This document shows positions 12,600 through 24,169 of a stretch of 64,000 bases of DNA, piece after piece; within the stretch, counting starts at the first letter, position 1; each line of letters begins with the position of its first letter. The stretch is from assembly GCF_001194135.2 (NCBI RefSeq), contig NC_068997.1, forward strand, positions 4,738,936 to 4,802,935, in the 5' to 3' direction. The DNA is from Octopus bimaculoides (lineage: Eukaryota). A program made the position numbers and the translations under genes. The notes under the pieces were generated by a model. That model had not been told where the DNA came from and did not search any database. It was given only the letters and a program-made list of their open reading frames with translations.

Positions 12600-14030
12600 A
12601 AAGGAGCGAAAACACATGTCGAAAACTGAGATTTGAGAATCAAGTTGATGGTTCAACAGAGATCTTGGAATAATAAAAGCTATAATTGAAAAGATGACAA
12701 AAGAAAGATACAACAAATTTCAAAGAAAGTACATTCGACATTGTCAGGTAAAAATAAAAGCTAAATACCAACAAAGACTAAACCAATATCAGCAGAACAT
12801 GCTCTTCAGAAACAATGAAAGGAAATTTTACCAATAGCTGAACAATAAGAACGAACATCAAGGGAGTGATGTGCCAGATGCTGAAACAGCAAGGAGATTT
12901 TGGTCGGATATTTGGAGTAAAGAAGTTCAACATAACAGGGAAACAGGCTGAATATGGAAATTTAAAAGCAAAATGGGAAATTGGTCAAGACAAGAGAAGA
13001 TAAATACTACAGAAGAGAAAGTGAAAATGATGTTTAAAAAATTGGCAAATTGGAAAACGTTCTGACCTGATGGTGTTTGGAGCTCATGGCTCAAAGTTTT
13101 CCAAGCATCCACAGTTATGCGCAACTATTTTTTAACTGGTAGTATAGAAAATGGAACATCAACATAGATGAGAAAAGTAAAGACAGTGCTAATACAGAAG
13201 GATGTCAGTAATCATGAACCAAATTCTAATTACATGCTTACCATTACTATAGAAGTTACTAGCTGGCCTCTTAACAGATGAAGTGAATAGCTTTGTGGAG
13301 AAGGAGAATAGCTAAAAGGATGCAGAAAGAAGTTAAGAGGAACTACTGATCTAGCATGATATAAAATGAAGTATGACTAGAAAAGAAGAATTTAGCTGTT
13401 GGTTGGATAGACTGAAAGCATGCTATCTTTGGATGATCTTGAACTGTACATGAAAAATTAAAAACACCTGAATTCTTCAATCCAATCAGCAAGAATATTT
13501 AGCCAGGATATTGGTATGCATTTAGTAGTGTGCAGTTTTAATTATGAAGAGAGGCTGAAAGATTAAATCTGATGGCATTATACCATCAGATACTACAAAC
13601 TGTTATCATTAGATCACTGAGAGATAATGAAGGATACAAGTATCTAAGGATGCTGCAGGATGATAAAGTAAGGGAAAAAGTAATGAGAGCAAGAAATCTC
13701 CAAGTAAAAGAGAAGGATAAGGAAGCTGCTGAAAACGAAGCCAACTGAAGGTAATGTCATCACAGCAATCAATATGTGGGCTACACCAGAGTTGAAATAT
13801 ACTGCTCCTTTTCTGTAATGAACAAAGACAGAGACACAGGAATTGGAAGAACTAGGAATCTACTCACAATGCATAATGCACTCCACCTTAAAAGTAATAT
13901 GAACAGGCTTGACTTACTAAATGGGAAGGAGGCAGGTGCTTGTTAAATGCAAAAAATGCTATCAATGCTGCAATATTGGGTTTGAATAATTATGTTGTAC
14001 ATTGTGAAGAAAGAATAGTATCTGTAACCA
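12600..14030 (+). mobile_element. Decayed R4/Dong-clade non-LTR retrotransposon, RT region
   Basis: Broken-frame peptides YQQNMLFRNNERKFYQ, VPDAETARRFWSDIWSKEVQHN, LITCLPLL*KLLAGLL, KGCRKKLRGTTD, KNLAVGWID, DDLELY, SQDIGM, YKYLG, NVITAINMWA, LLTMHNALHLKSNMNRL follow R4/Dong RT motif order. Many stops, frameshifts and deletions. Confidence 0.8.
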
Positions 14031-14090
14031 GAAATATCAAATAAGTCACTCACTTTCCACTCACTCCTTGACTGGTATTTTATCATATCA

Positions 14091-14261
14091 ACCTGTTCAA
14101 TGACAAAATTCTGTGCTGCAGCACAGAATTTTGTCAATGAACAGGTCGCAGTCTCAAAGCGACGAAAATATTTTGACAAATTAAATTTAAATGCTGAAGT
14201 GAAACTAACGGATTTTGTGTGTTATTTTAAATGGCTTATAAACACCTTCCACGCTGCAATT

Positions 14262-14265
<4 letters not shown>
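14091..14265 (+). mobile_element. TA-anchored short element with 56-bp palindrome and hammerhead-like fold (14130-14180)
   Basis: 14091-14146 is self-complementary with one mismatch. It overlaps UUUGUCA-AUGAACA-G-GUCGC(agucucaaa)GCGAC-GAAA-AUAUU-U-UGACAAA. The 3' side ends at (TA)n. Confidence 0.55.
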
Positions 14266-14296
<31 letters not shown>

Positions 14297-15659
14297 NNNN
14301 NNNNNNNNNNNNNNNNNNNNNNNNNNNNNNNNNNNNNNNNNNNNNNNNNNNNNNNNNNNNNNNNNNNNNNNNNNNNNNNNNNNNNNNNNNNNNNNNNNNN
14401 NNNNNNNNNNNNNNNNNNNNNNNNNNNNNNNNNNNNNNNNNNNNNNNNNNNNNNNNNNNNNNNNNNNNNNNNNNNNNNNNNNNNNNNNNNNNNNNNNNNN
14501 NNNNNNNNNNNNNNNNNNNNNNNNNNNNNNNNNNNNNNNNNNNNNNNNNNNNNNNNNNNNNNNNNNNNNNNNNNNNNNNNNNTATATATATATATATATC
14601 ATAATTTTTAACATCCACTTTACTATCCTTGCATGGGTTGTAGGAAATTTTGTTGTGGCAGATTTTCTATGGCCCAGTCATGTCTTCACAGAAGGTTTGA
14701 AATGAAGGACACTGCTTGCTGAATGGTAATTCTCACAACTATCACACAATGTCAATGCTTGAGGACAATAACACACACACACACATACATACAAATCTTT
14801 AACTTGTTTCAACTGTAAAGCTGCGGTCATGCTGGGGCACCACTGTTGGCTGTGCTACACCATTATTTGAGACCTCCTCTGATATGTGGCATTTGGTGAA
14901 TGAGGGAGTTTGATGCTGCTGCCCTCATCCATGTTTCTTGCAGCGAGGTAGACCCATCTGGAACCCTTAACAAGAGGAGATCCACTTTTGTTTTGAAGAC
15001 ACCTACATAGGTATCATTGTTGTCATCATTATTATCATCGTCATTTAACGTCAGTGTTCCATAATAGCATGGGTTGGATGGTTTGACAAGCTGGCAAGGC
15101 AAGGAACTGTGTCGAGCTCCAGTTGCCTGCTTTGGTATGGTTTCTACGGTCAGATGCCCTTTCTAATACCAACCACTTTACAGAGTGTACTGGTTGCTTT
15201 TTACGAGGCCCCAGCACCAGCAAGGTTACCAAGTAACTTGCAGGACAAGACTCCTCCACTGAAGTGAGGTGTAGTATTGAGGGAGATGGCTTCATGCCAA
15301 CTGCTTGTCGTTGAAGAGATACATAGTTACCCCAGTCAGAGAAAAGAGAGTGAAGGAGAGAGAGAGAGAGAGAGAAAAGATGCTGGTGAGGATGTGTTGG
15401 GACAAACTCTCAAGTTAAAAGGAGAGGAATGTAAATATGTGAAGAGGTAGAGAAAATTGGAGAGGGTGAGCGGGCAAATGAGTTTGCAAGATTGAAAGGA
15501 GAGTGAGAGACAGGAGAGGAGAATGCAATGAGTGGTGAATACAGGTGGAGGGAGGGGTTACATTACGAAGATGAGTTGTGGGGAAGAGATTTGTCAAGAT
15601 CGATTGGGTGCAGTGGTGTAGGCATAAATGACAAGCCTCTGGGGCTTCTTTTTTGGATA

Positions 15660-16000
15660 GGTTTTCTCAAGCACAGATAATCACTGTTCATCTTGGTCCT
15701 TTGTCATCTCCTGTGTGAGGCTCAAAATCTGGAAGTCACTTTTCACCAGTTCATCCCACATCTTGTTGGGTCTCTCTCTTCCAGAGATTACATCCACATT
15801 AAGAAATTGGCGTTCCTTTATGCAGCTGACTTCATCTATATGCATCGCATGACCATTACAGTACAGTTGTCTCTTTTGCACGCTACATCTGAAGCCTCTT
15901 ATACTCAGTTTTTCTCTTGTCACATTTACACTTTGCCGTACATGTATACTGATGTTGCACATCCAGCAGAGCATGCTAGCTTAATTTCTTTCAAGTCTTT
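15660..16000 (-). mobile_element. RTE-clade LINE ORF2 C-terminal fragment
   Basis: MLCWMCNIS...QKRQLYCNGHAMH...RERPNKMWDELVKSDFQILSLTQEMTKDQD is a decayed form of the RTE MLRWMC...RRLRWYGHVMR...GRPxKTWxE motif. Confidence 0.7.
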
Positions 16001-17419
16001 GCATGTCCGCTGTACTCACAGTACTCACATTAAATACACGTGTGTGTGTGTGTGTGCATGTACACATTTGTATACATACACATTCACATATATGTACACA
16101 CACACACACACACACACACACATGCATAAACTACCTTTCTTTAAATAACATTCCACAATAAAACAATACAAAACAACATGTTGAAGGATTAGTCTCAACA
16201 ATTGTTCAGTTATTACTTCATGCTGCTGACTTCCTAATCTTCTCTGGATTATCCAGATTACTGTTATTTATTAGCAATTATAAAAGATTATATTCCTGTC
16301 CGTCTTCACCCTCAGACTAATGGCTCCATTACAAAGATTTAGATTAAACAGAAATAGTTTCTCTCTGAAATAATGTCTGACTTCTGAATGTCTATAAATC
16401 TACAGGAATTTTTGTAGTTTTGTCTTTTAATCTAATTTAATCTATTTTCTTGTATTCTGCCTCATCAGAATCGTCTTTAATGTCATCAGCAGCAACATTA
16501 TCATCACATCGCTACTGTTCTTTCCACTACCATCACCACTATCACCATCACCACTATCATCATCATCATCATCATCACATTCCTGCTATTACAATCACCA
16601 TCCCACCCACCACACCACCAAACCATCATCATCATCATCATCATCATCATATCCACTATTATTATCTCCCTACATCATTGTCATAGCCATCGTCTTTTCA
16701 CTAGTTTCACTTTCATCTCCAAATTCAGCTCAACCCTGTTCATGTGTAAACAGCACCCTCCACACACATACACATATGCACTTCAAGTGTATATGTGTAT
16801 GACTATGGTTGATTTACTTCAACCATAGTCATATGTCCCCATCAATTAAAGGCAAATCTTCCTCCAGAATCAACCCTTCATTTGAATTAAAGATCCACTA
16901 AAGACCCAACAGAAATACCTCCTACTCACATAGTGACTCTGTCACTTTTTCTAACTTCTGCTCAACATTCCTTAACATTATATATCCAAGAAGTACCATA
17001 TTTTGCAGCATACAAGTTGACATAGTGTATAGTGTAAACATGAAGTGGAAACATTCAAGTATCATTATTTTTCTAAATCAAAGTTGCCGTAGTGTATATA
17101 TAAGTCAACCTACCTTTTCCGACTGTAAATTTTGGTCTGAAAAATTCAACTTGAATGCCAGAAAATATAGATTTTTATTTTGTGATCATCACTGAGCCTA
17201 TAAAAATAGCAAATCTTTTAGAAAAGATTTGCTATTTCTCAAATTTTTTGAAAAGAAGGTCAGTGTAGTCCTAGATATACAAAACATAAGATTATAATGG
17301 TGGGGATAGCTTCGGTCATTTGTTCGCTCGGTCATGAATGACTCAGGCTTAAACAACAACAGACACTTTCACAGCATTCATGTCCAGCTGGTTTTAACCA
17401 GACTAACAGATACTTGTTA

Positions 17420-17850
17420 TATACACTGTCCTTATTATATACTGACCTTATTATATACACTGTCCTTGTTTCACTATGTATCATAGTCCTTAATATATAC
17501 TCTACTCATTTCATTACTATATACCCACATATATCTTATATATACCCACATATATATACCCACATATATATACCCACATATATCTTATATACACCACATA
17601 TAGTCTCCTATATAAACACTGTCCTTGTTTCATTACTGTATATCATCATACATCTTATATTTGCCATATACAGTCCTCTATATACCCTGTCCATGTTTCA
17701 CTGTTATACTGTCTCTCTTATATATATTACATTTAGTCCTCTATATACACTATCCATGTTCCACTGCTATATATTATCATACATCTTATATAGGCCACAT
17801 TATTCTCTATATACACTGTTCATATTTCCATGACTACACAGTTTCATATT
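17420..17850. repeat. Degenerate minisatellite built on tatatacactgtcc(t)tgtttc units
   Basis: Repeated tatatacactgtcc/catgtttc motifs at irregular ~25-60 bp spacing. Confidence 0.6.
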
Positions 17851-17862
17851 TCTTACTATAGA

Positions 17863-17893
<31 letters not shown>

Positions 17894-19502
17894 TTGTTTG
17901 TGATAGTGGTGGTGGTGGTGGTGATGCTGCTGCTGTCCATCAAGAACTGACAATGTGTCATTCTTTCATTGCCTGTGATTCAAAACAACAGTGTTGTCAA
18001 TGAAATATTAACCTAATCAACAACCCATGTTATCAATTAACAAATAATTAGTTAACAAAGATTAAGATATACACTGATTCACATCATAATATTTTTTGTC
18101 ATTAACTTGTTACACAACATTCACATTATGGTAACGATGAAGATGATGATAATGATGATGATGCCTATTAAATTTCCTAACATTTGGCCTTCAAAACAGA
18201 ATCTCACTTGGAATTTCTTAATTCTGATATCTTTCCCTTCTCTTTCATCATCATCATCATCATCATGATCATTATTTTAATGTCCACTTTTCTGTGCTGG
18301 AATGGGTTAGAACGATTTTTGAGACAGTGTTTTACTGCCAAATGTCCTCCGTTTCAGTTACAACTTGCAAAATACAGAGAAGACTACACCTTTTTTGTCT
18401 GTTTCATTTTGTATGGCGTCTACTGCTGGATACCCTTCCTAACATCAATCACTTTACTGAGTAACCTGGGTGTATTTCATTATAGTTCCAATACTAGAGA
18501 AATTGCCATGACTTCAAGATAAAACTAAGGGATACTCTGAACCTTACAATGTCTCCATTTATTTATCTGCTACTTTACAGAGTACCCTGGGTACATTTTA
18601 CCATGTCACCAGCATTGTGTGGTTGCTTTGTACCCTACAAAATAGAAGAGGATCCTCACTCCCTATATTGATTCTGTTTGTACTGGATAACATGGCCAAT
18701 AAAGTGAGAAGAGGAGAGGGTGATTGTAGAAGATGAACTACGGGGAGAGGGAACAAGAAAAGAGAGCATGGTAGGTGGGGTGGGAATAGTGGTTAAGAAG
18801 AGGAAGGAGAAATTGGAGAGACCGTGCTAACGAAGTAATGAAGAAAAGCAGTAAACTGCAAGGTGTAACAAGGTGACAATGTTTTGGAGTAATGGGAGAG
18901 AGATGCTGATGGTGGATATATCTTTGCTGGTAAAGAAGAATGAAGGAGAGAGAGGGAGAGAGAGAGAGAGAGAGAGAGATGGATCATTGTAGAAATGGTC
19001 AGTGGTAAAAGAGTGTGATGGATGAGAATAAGTACCCTGGGGAAGAGAGGGAGAGTGGCAGTATACAAGGAGATGGTTAGGGTTAGGGTTAGATAGTAAA
19101 GGAAACCAGAATTGAAGGATAGTTAAGATGGTGATTGAAAGTGTATAATGGTTGTCAATAAAAGAGCAACCAGAAGGAAAGGGAGTGATGGTGGGTACCA
19201 GGGAGGGAAATGGGAGGAATACATCATATAAGATCAGACTCACTGCCATCCTTTAACTTAAACAAAGTGATTCAGAGAGATACAGAAGGAAGCGGTAAAA
19301 AGATACGGGTAGTGGAGATAGAGGGAAGGCAATTGAGGATGAATAAACCTAATGCTTCCCTCTTATTTCGTGGCTGACACAGTACAGTGAATAGGAGTAG
19401 AGATGATAGAGAGATGAGCTGGTATCAAATTGATCAGAAAGGGAGCAGATGTGACTTAGCAGATCCAAATTAGTAATGGCCCTGATGTTTACACACACAC
19501 AC

Positions 19503-19533
<31 letters not shown>

Positions 19534-20098
19534 GTGATGAGGATTGGCTTGCAAGCGTCGTGTGCTGGTGCCACATAAAAAGCACTTATGCCAGTACCAT
19601 GTTAAAAGCACCCAGCACACACTGTAAAGTGGTTGGCATTAGGAAGGGTACCCAGATATAGAACCCATGCCAAATCAGACTGGAACCTGGTGCAGCTCTC
19701 TGACTTGCCAGCTCTGGTAAAATTGTCCAACCCATGCCAGCATGGAAAACAGACATTAAAGGTGGAAGAGGATGTTGTTGTAGTAGTTGTAGTAGTAGTA
19801 GTATATAGGGATTCAAAGAATCAATCAGTTCTCACATTAAGCTCTCTGCAAAGTGCATGGCTAACAAGACCAACTATGGTTGAGGTTAGGATATGCCTTC
19901 ATGTCGTTCTGGAAATTCAGGAGATACAATGATGGATAGAACAGATGAGAGAAGTGAGGTAAGAGAATAGATGTTGATTCCATTCGTTTGCAGCTGTTTC
20001 ATAATCTTGTTAGTTATATAATAGCTATTACATCACCATTCTCAAAATGTAAAGTATACATATGAATATATATATGCATGTGTAGACTCATATGTTTT

Positions 20099-20151
<53 letters not shown>

Positions 20152-20862
20152 NNNNNNNNNNNNNNNNNNNNNNNNNNNNNNNNNNNNNNNNNNNNNNNNN
20201 NNNNNNNNNNNNNNNNNNNNNNNNNNNNNNNNNNNNNNNNNNNNNNNNNNNNNNNNNNNNNNNNNNNNNNNNNNNNNNNNNNNNNNNNNNNNNNNNNNNN
20301 NNNNNNNNNNNNNNNNNNNNNNNNNNNNNNNNNNNNNNNNNNNNNNNNNNNNNNNNNNNNNNNNNNNNNNNNNNNNNNNNNNNNNNNNNNNNNNNNNNNN
20401 NNNNNNNNNNNNNNNNNNNNNNNNNNNNNNNNNNNNNNNNNNNNNNNNNNNNNNNNNNNNNNNNNNNNNNNNNNNNNNNNNNNNNNNNNNNNNNNNNNNN
20501 NNNNNNNNNNNNNNNNNNNNNNNNNNNNNNNNNNNNNNNNNNNNNNNNNNNNNNNNNNNNNNNNNNNNNNNNNNNNNNNNNNNNNNNNNNNNNNNNNNNN
20601 NNNNNNNNNNNNNNNNNNNNNNNNNNNNNNNNNNNNNNNNNNNNNNNNNNNNNNNNNNNNNNNNNNNNNNNNNNNNNNNNNNNNNNNNNNNNNNNNNNNN
20701 NNNNNNNNNNNNNNNNNNNNNNNNNNNNNNNNNNNNNNNNNNNNNNNNNNNNNNNNNNNNNNNNNNNNNNNNNNNNNNNNNNNNNNNNNNNNNNNNNNNN
20801 NNNNNNNNNNNNNNNNNNNNNNNNNNNNNNNNNNNNNNNNNNNNNNNNNNNNNNNNNNNNNN

Positions 20863-21063
20863 TTTTAAGTGTATAATACAAAAAAATTAATTTTTTTTAA
20901 ATTTTTTTTCACAAAAAGCTTTCCCTCGTCATCTGCAAGGATGTGATAAAAAAAAAAGTTTCAAAAACCCCCGTCAAAATACGTAGTCGGTATGTTATTC
21001 CAAAAGGCTGCCAAAGCATTCTATTGTGAGAAATTACCTCACAACAACAGGCCACTCAGCTAG
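20863..21063 (+). mobile_element. Probable non-autonomous Helitron 3' end
   Basis: Hairpin TTGTGAG-aaattac-CTCACAA (21024-21044), then CTAG (21060-21063) followed by T. The left part runs into a gap. Confidence 0.45.
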
Positions 21064-21149
21064 TATGTATGTATGTATCATCATCATCATTATCATTTAA
21101 CATCTGCTTTCTGCAGTGGCATCATTGGACGGTATAGATATTTGTATGA

Positions 21150-21180
<31 letters not shown>

Positions 21181-21869
21181 CATCTGTATACGTACATAGA
21201 TATCCCCATGTATACATGTGTGTGTATATATGTGTGTGTGTGTGTGTGTATGCGTGTGTATACAGTTACACTTGCAAACACACACAAACATATATGTACT
21301 TTTATATATATATATATACATATGGACACTGTGCATGTGTGTGTGTGTGTGAGAGTATGAAACTAACTATTTACGACTGTTTAGAATAAAACCAGATAAA
21401 TCTAGTCTCTATAACAACAATGTTATTTGTTAAACTTGATTATACGTGTCTTTGCTAAAAGGTTACCTCACCTCCATTCAACCACACACACAGAAAATCC
21501 TGTTTTCTCCAGCCTTCCATTATTAATAATACATCAACACATCTAACACCATTATTACCAGTTTGAAAGTGAAAACTTTAAAACCTCAGACAACACTATN
21601 NNNNNNNNNNNNNNNNNNNNNNNNNNNNNNNNNNNNNNNNNNNNNNNNNNNNNNNNNNNNNNNNNNNNNNNNNNNNNNNNNNNNNNNNNNNNNNNNNNNN
21701 NNNNNNNNNNNNNNNNNNNNNNNNNNNNNNNNNNNNNNNNNNNNNNNNNNNNNNNNNNNNNNNNNNNNATAGATAGATAGATAGACATATATATATATAT
21801 ATATATACACGCACACACACACACACACTCTCACACACACACAAACACACACACACATACACATGTATA

Positions 21870-22410
21870 TAATGTGGGGAACAGCTTTTTTATTAAATGT
21901 TATTTTGTAAGCACAACTTGTGTTCTAGTTTTATCTCCTTTATAAAGATATTCTTGAATGGATAGCTTGTAGCTTATTTGTAGTAGTAAAATTCCCAAAT
22001 CCATCATGAATGTTTTTTTAACCGTTCATGGTCTCATCTGAATGAAGTGATGTTGGTGTGTACCACCACTTCTTTATAGTAGTTAAGGCCAATATGATCA
22101 GTGTAGACATTGCCAACAGAATTTGAAAGTTGTGGCTGTTAGATCAATGTCATCAGTCAGGTGTTTACTTTCGTTGTGATTAGTTTATAATTGTCTCTAT
22201 GTGTATTTTAACATTGTGCTATTTTATTAGTATTATCTCCATCATTAATCATTTCTTCTTTTTTTTTGTGAGGGATTCTGTAGACTATAGATATATTGTC
22301 CATTAATGTTTTCCTACCTGGTACTCTGTTTTGTTGTGAGGTGTAATACAAAGCAATTGCTCCTGGTTTTAAGTGCATAGTGAGTCAGCACAAAACAGTC
22401 AATCCAAGGA
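21870..22410 (-). mobile_element. Highly decayed non-LTR RT fragment (RTE-like)
   Basis: Minus-strand HLTDDIDLTA resembles the RTE FADDIDL motif. The surrounding frames are broken. Confidence 0.3.
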
Positions 22411-24019
22411 ACCAGAAACCTATTCCAAATGTAATTTAGAAATTTAATTTAATTACAAAAGTGAAAGTCATAAACTTCACAATTCTAAATTTTATATTAA
22501 CTACAGGTATGACACTCCTGCTGATAGTGGTGTATTAAACAGGGTGGGATGGATACCACCCAAGGAGTCGGTAGTTGTGTTGAACAGGGTGGGGTGTTAG
22601 ACAACCATCCATGGACCCAGTGGTGGTGTCAAACAGAATAAAATGTGTAGCTGTTTAGCCCCAGGCCAGCTGTCATCAAACAGACCTATGTGATCAATTT
22701 ATGTCCTAGCCTTGACCAGGCTGTCTTTTTATATTTATTCTTTTCACTTAAAATATATGGATGACAGTCTCCAATATTTCCTTCTCTCTTTAAAACAGTA
22801 GGATGTAATTTGAAGGAGATTAGCTGCTATTTCTAACAGGTTTAAAGACTTTGTTGTCTTGCAAAAATGTAAGTGTGTGAAGGTGATGTTATTTGAACCC
22901 TAATCACCTTGGTCTTGTTCTTATCTTATTATTTTTAAATGATTAGATTGTCATACTACTGCTCTCCACCCACTTCCTGTCCTGCCACTTATCACCTCCT
23001 TCTTTCTTAGTACTTCTATTTTTATCACTCACTCCTCCACCCCGACTCATTTACTGACAACAACTCTTCTACCCTTGTTCATTATTCACTACACTCACCT
23101 CTGCCTTCATCTCTAACCATCTGTCACGCTCTCCTCTCACATTCTTACAAACTTACCCACCCACTCTTCCCAACCGTCTGTCCCTCTTCTTTACTCTCTG
23201 ACACCACTACCTTTATCCCTTTTTCCAGCTAATTTCATTCATCTTTATATAATGCATGGTAGCCATGTATTTCTCCACAGTAAGATACCTGTTCCTGTTT
23301 GTCTGTCATACTTTTAGCCTCACAACACCTGGCATAAAGCCATCTCTGTCTCTGCTACAGTCACTCACTCACCCCAATCCAAGAATCTTTTCATTCTCTT
23401 GCAACTTATTTGGTGACCTCACTAGTGAGGGTGCCATGAAGAAAGCACCTTTTACAGTGTAAAGTGGTTGGCATAAAGAAGCGTATCCATCTGTAGAAAC
23501 CAGGCCAAAGTAGATACTGTCAAACCATCAAACCCTAGCCAGCTTGGAAGATGGACATTCGATGATGATGATGATGGTGATGATGAAAGTGAAATTATTT
23601 CACCATTATGTTAACTGATTTCTTTTATGACAATCCTTTATTAAAAACTAATTGATGTGACTATTAAAATAGCTTTTCCACATCATGTTCATTATCTTCT
23701 TTCCCTCTTCTACAACCATACAGTCTTCTTTTTTGGCTTTCTACATATTACATACATAGTATCATGTATAATAGCTGACTTGGTAAGCACCTGAGGTACC
23801 ACTCCATGCTATTCAATCATGTGTAAATTTATACAGATTCTTGCGTAATGTATGATACATAATCATTTATATGTAATGTAGTTTTAAGTGGAAGGTACTG
23901 AAACAGTTCTAACCAATTGATATTTTCATCTTCTTTCCATGCTTTACATATCTTTGCATGCATGTGTGTGTGTGTGTGTGCGTGTGCATACTTACATACA
24001 CTATGTGCACTTGTTATAT

Positions 24020-24058
<39 letters not shown>

Positions 24059-24169
24059 NNNNNNNNNNNNNNNNNNNNNNNNNNNNNNNNNNNNNNNNNN
24101 NNNNNNNNNNNNNNNNNNNNNNNNNNNNNNNNNNNNNNNNNNNNNNNNNNNNNNNNNNNNNNNNNAGTG

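Noticed and set aside
16441-16690. Asp/His-rich open frames (DDNVAADDIKDDSDEAEYKK)
   Set aside because: Derived from GAT/CAT triplet low complexity, with in-frame stops upstream and no splice sites.
19233-21541. Further minus-strand exon-like segments (a 13-nt one near 19245 and a 71-nt one near 21471-21541)
   Set aside because: Splice-like motifs are expected by chance in this composition, and the joined translations gave no recognisable protein.
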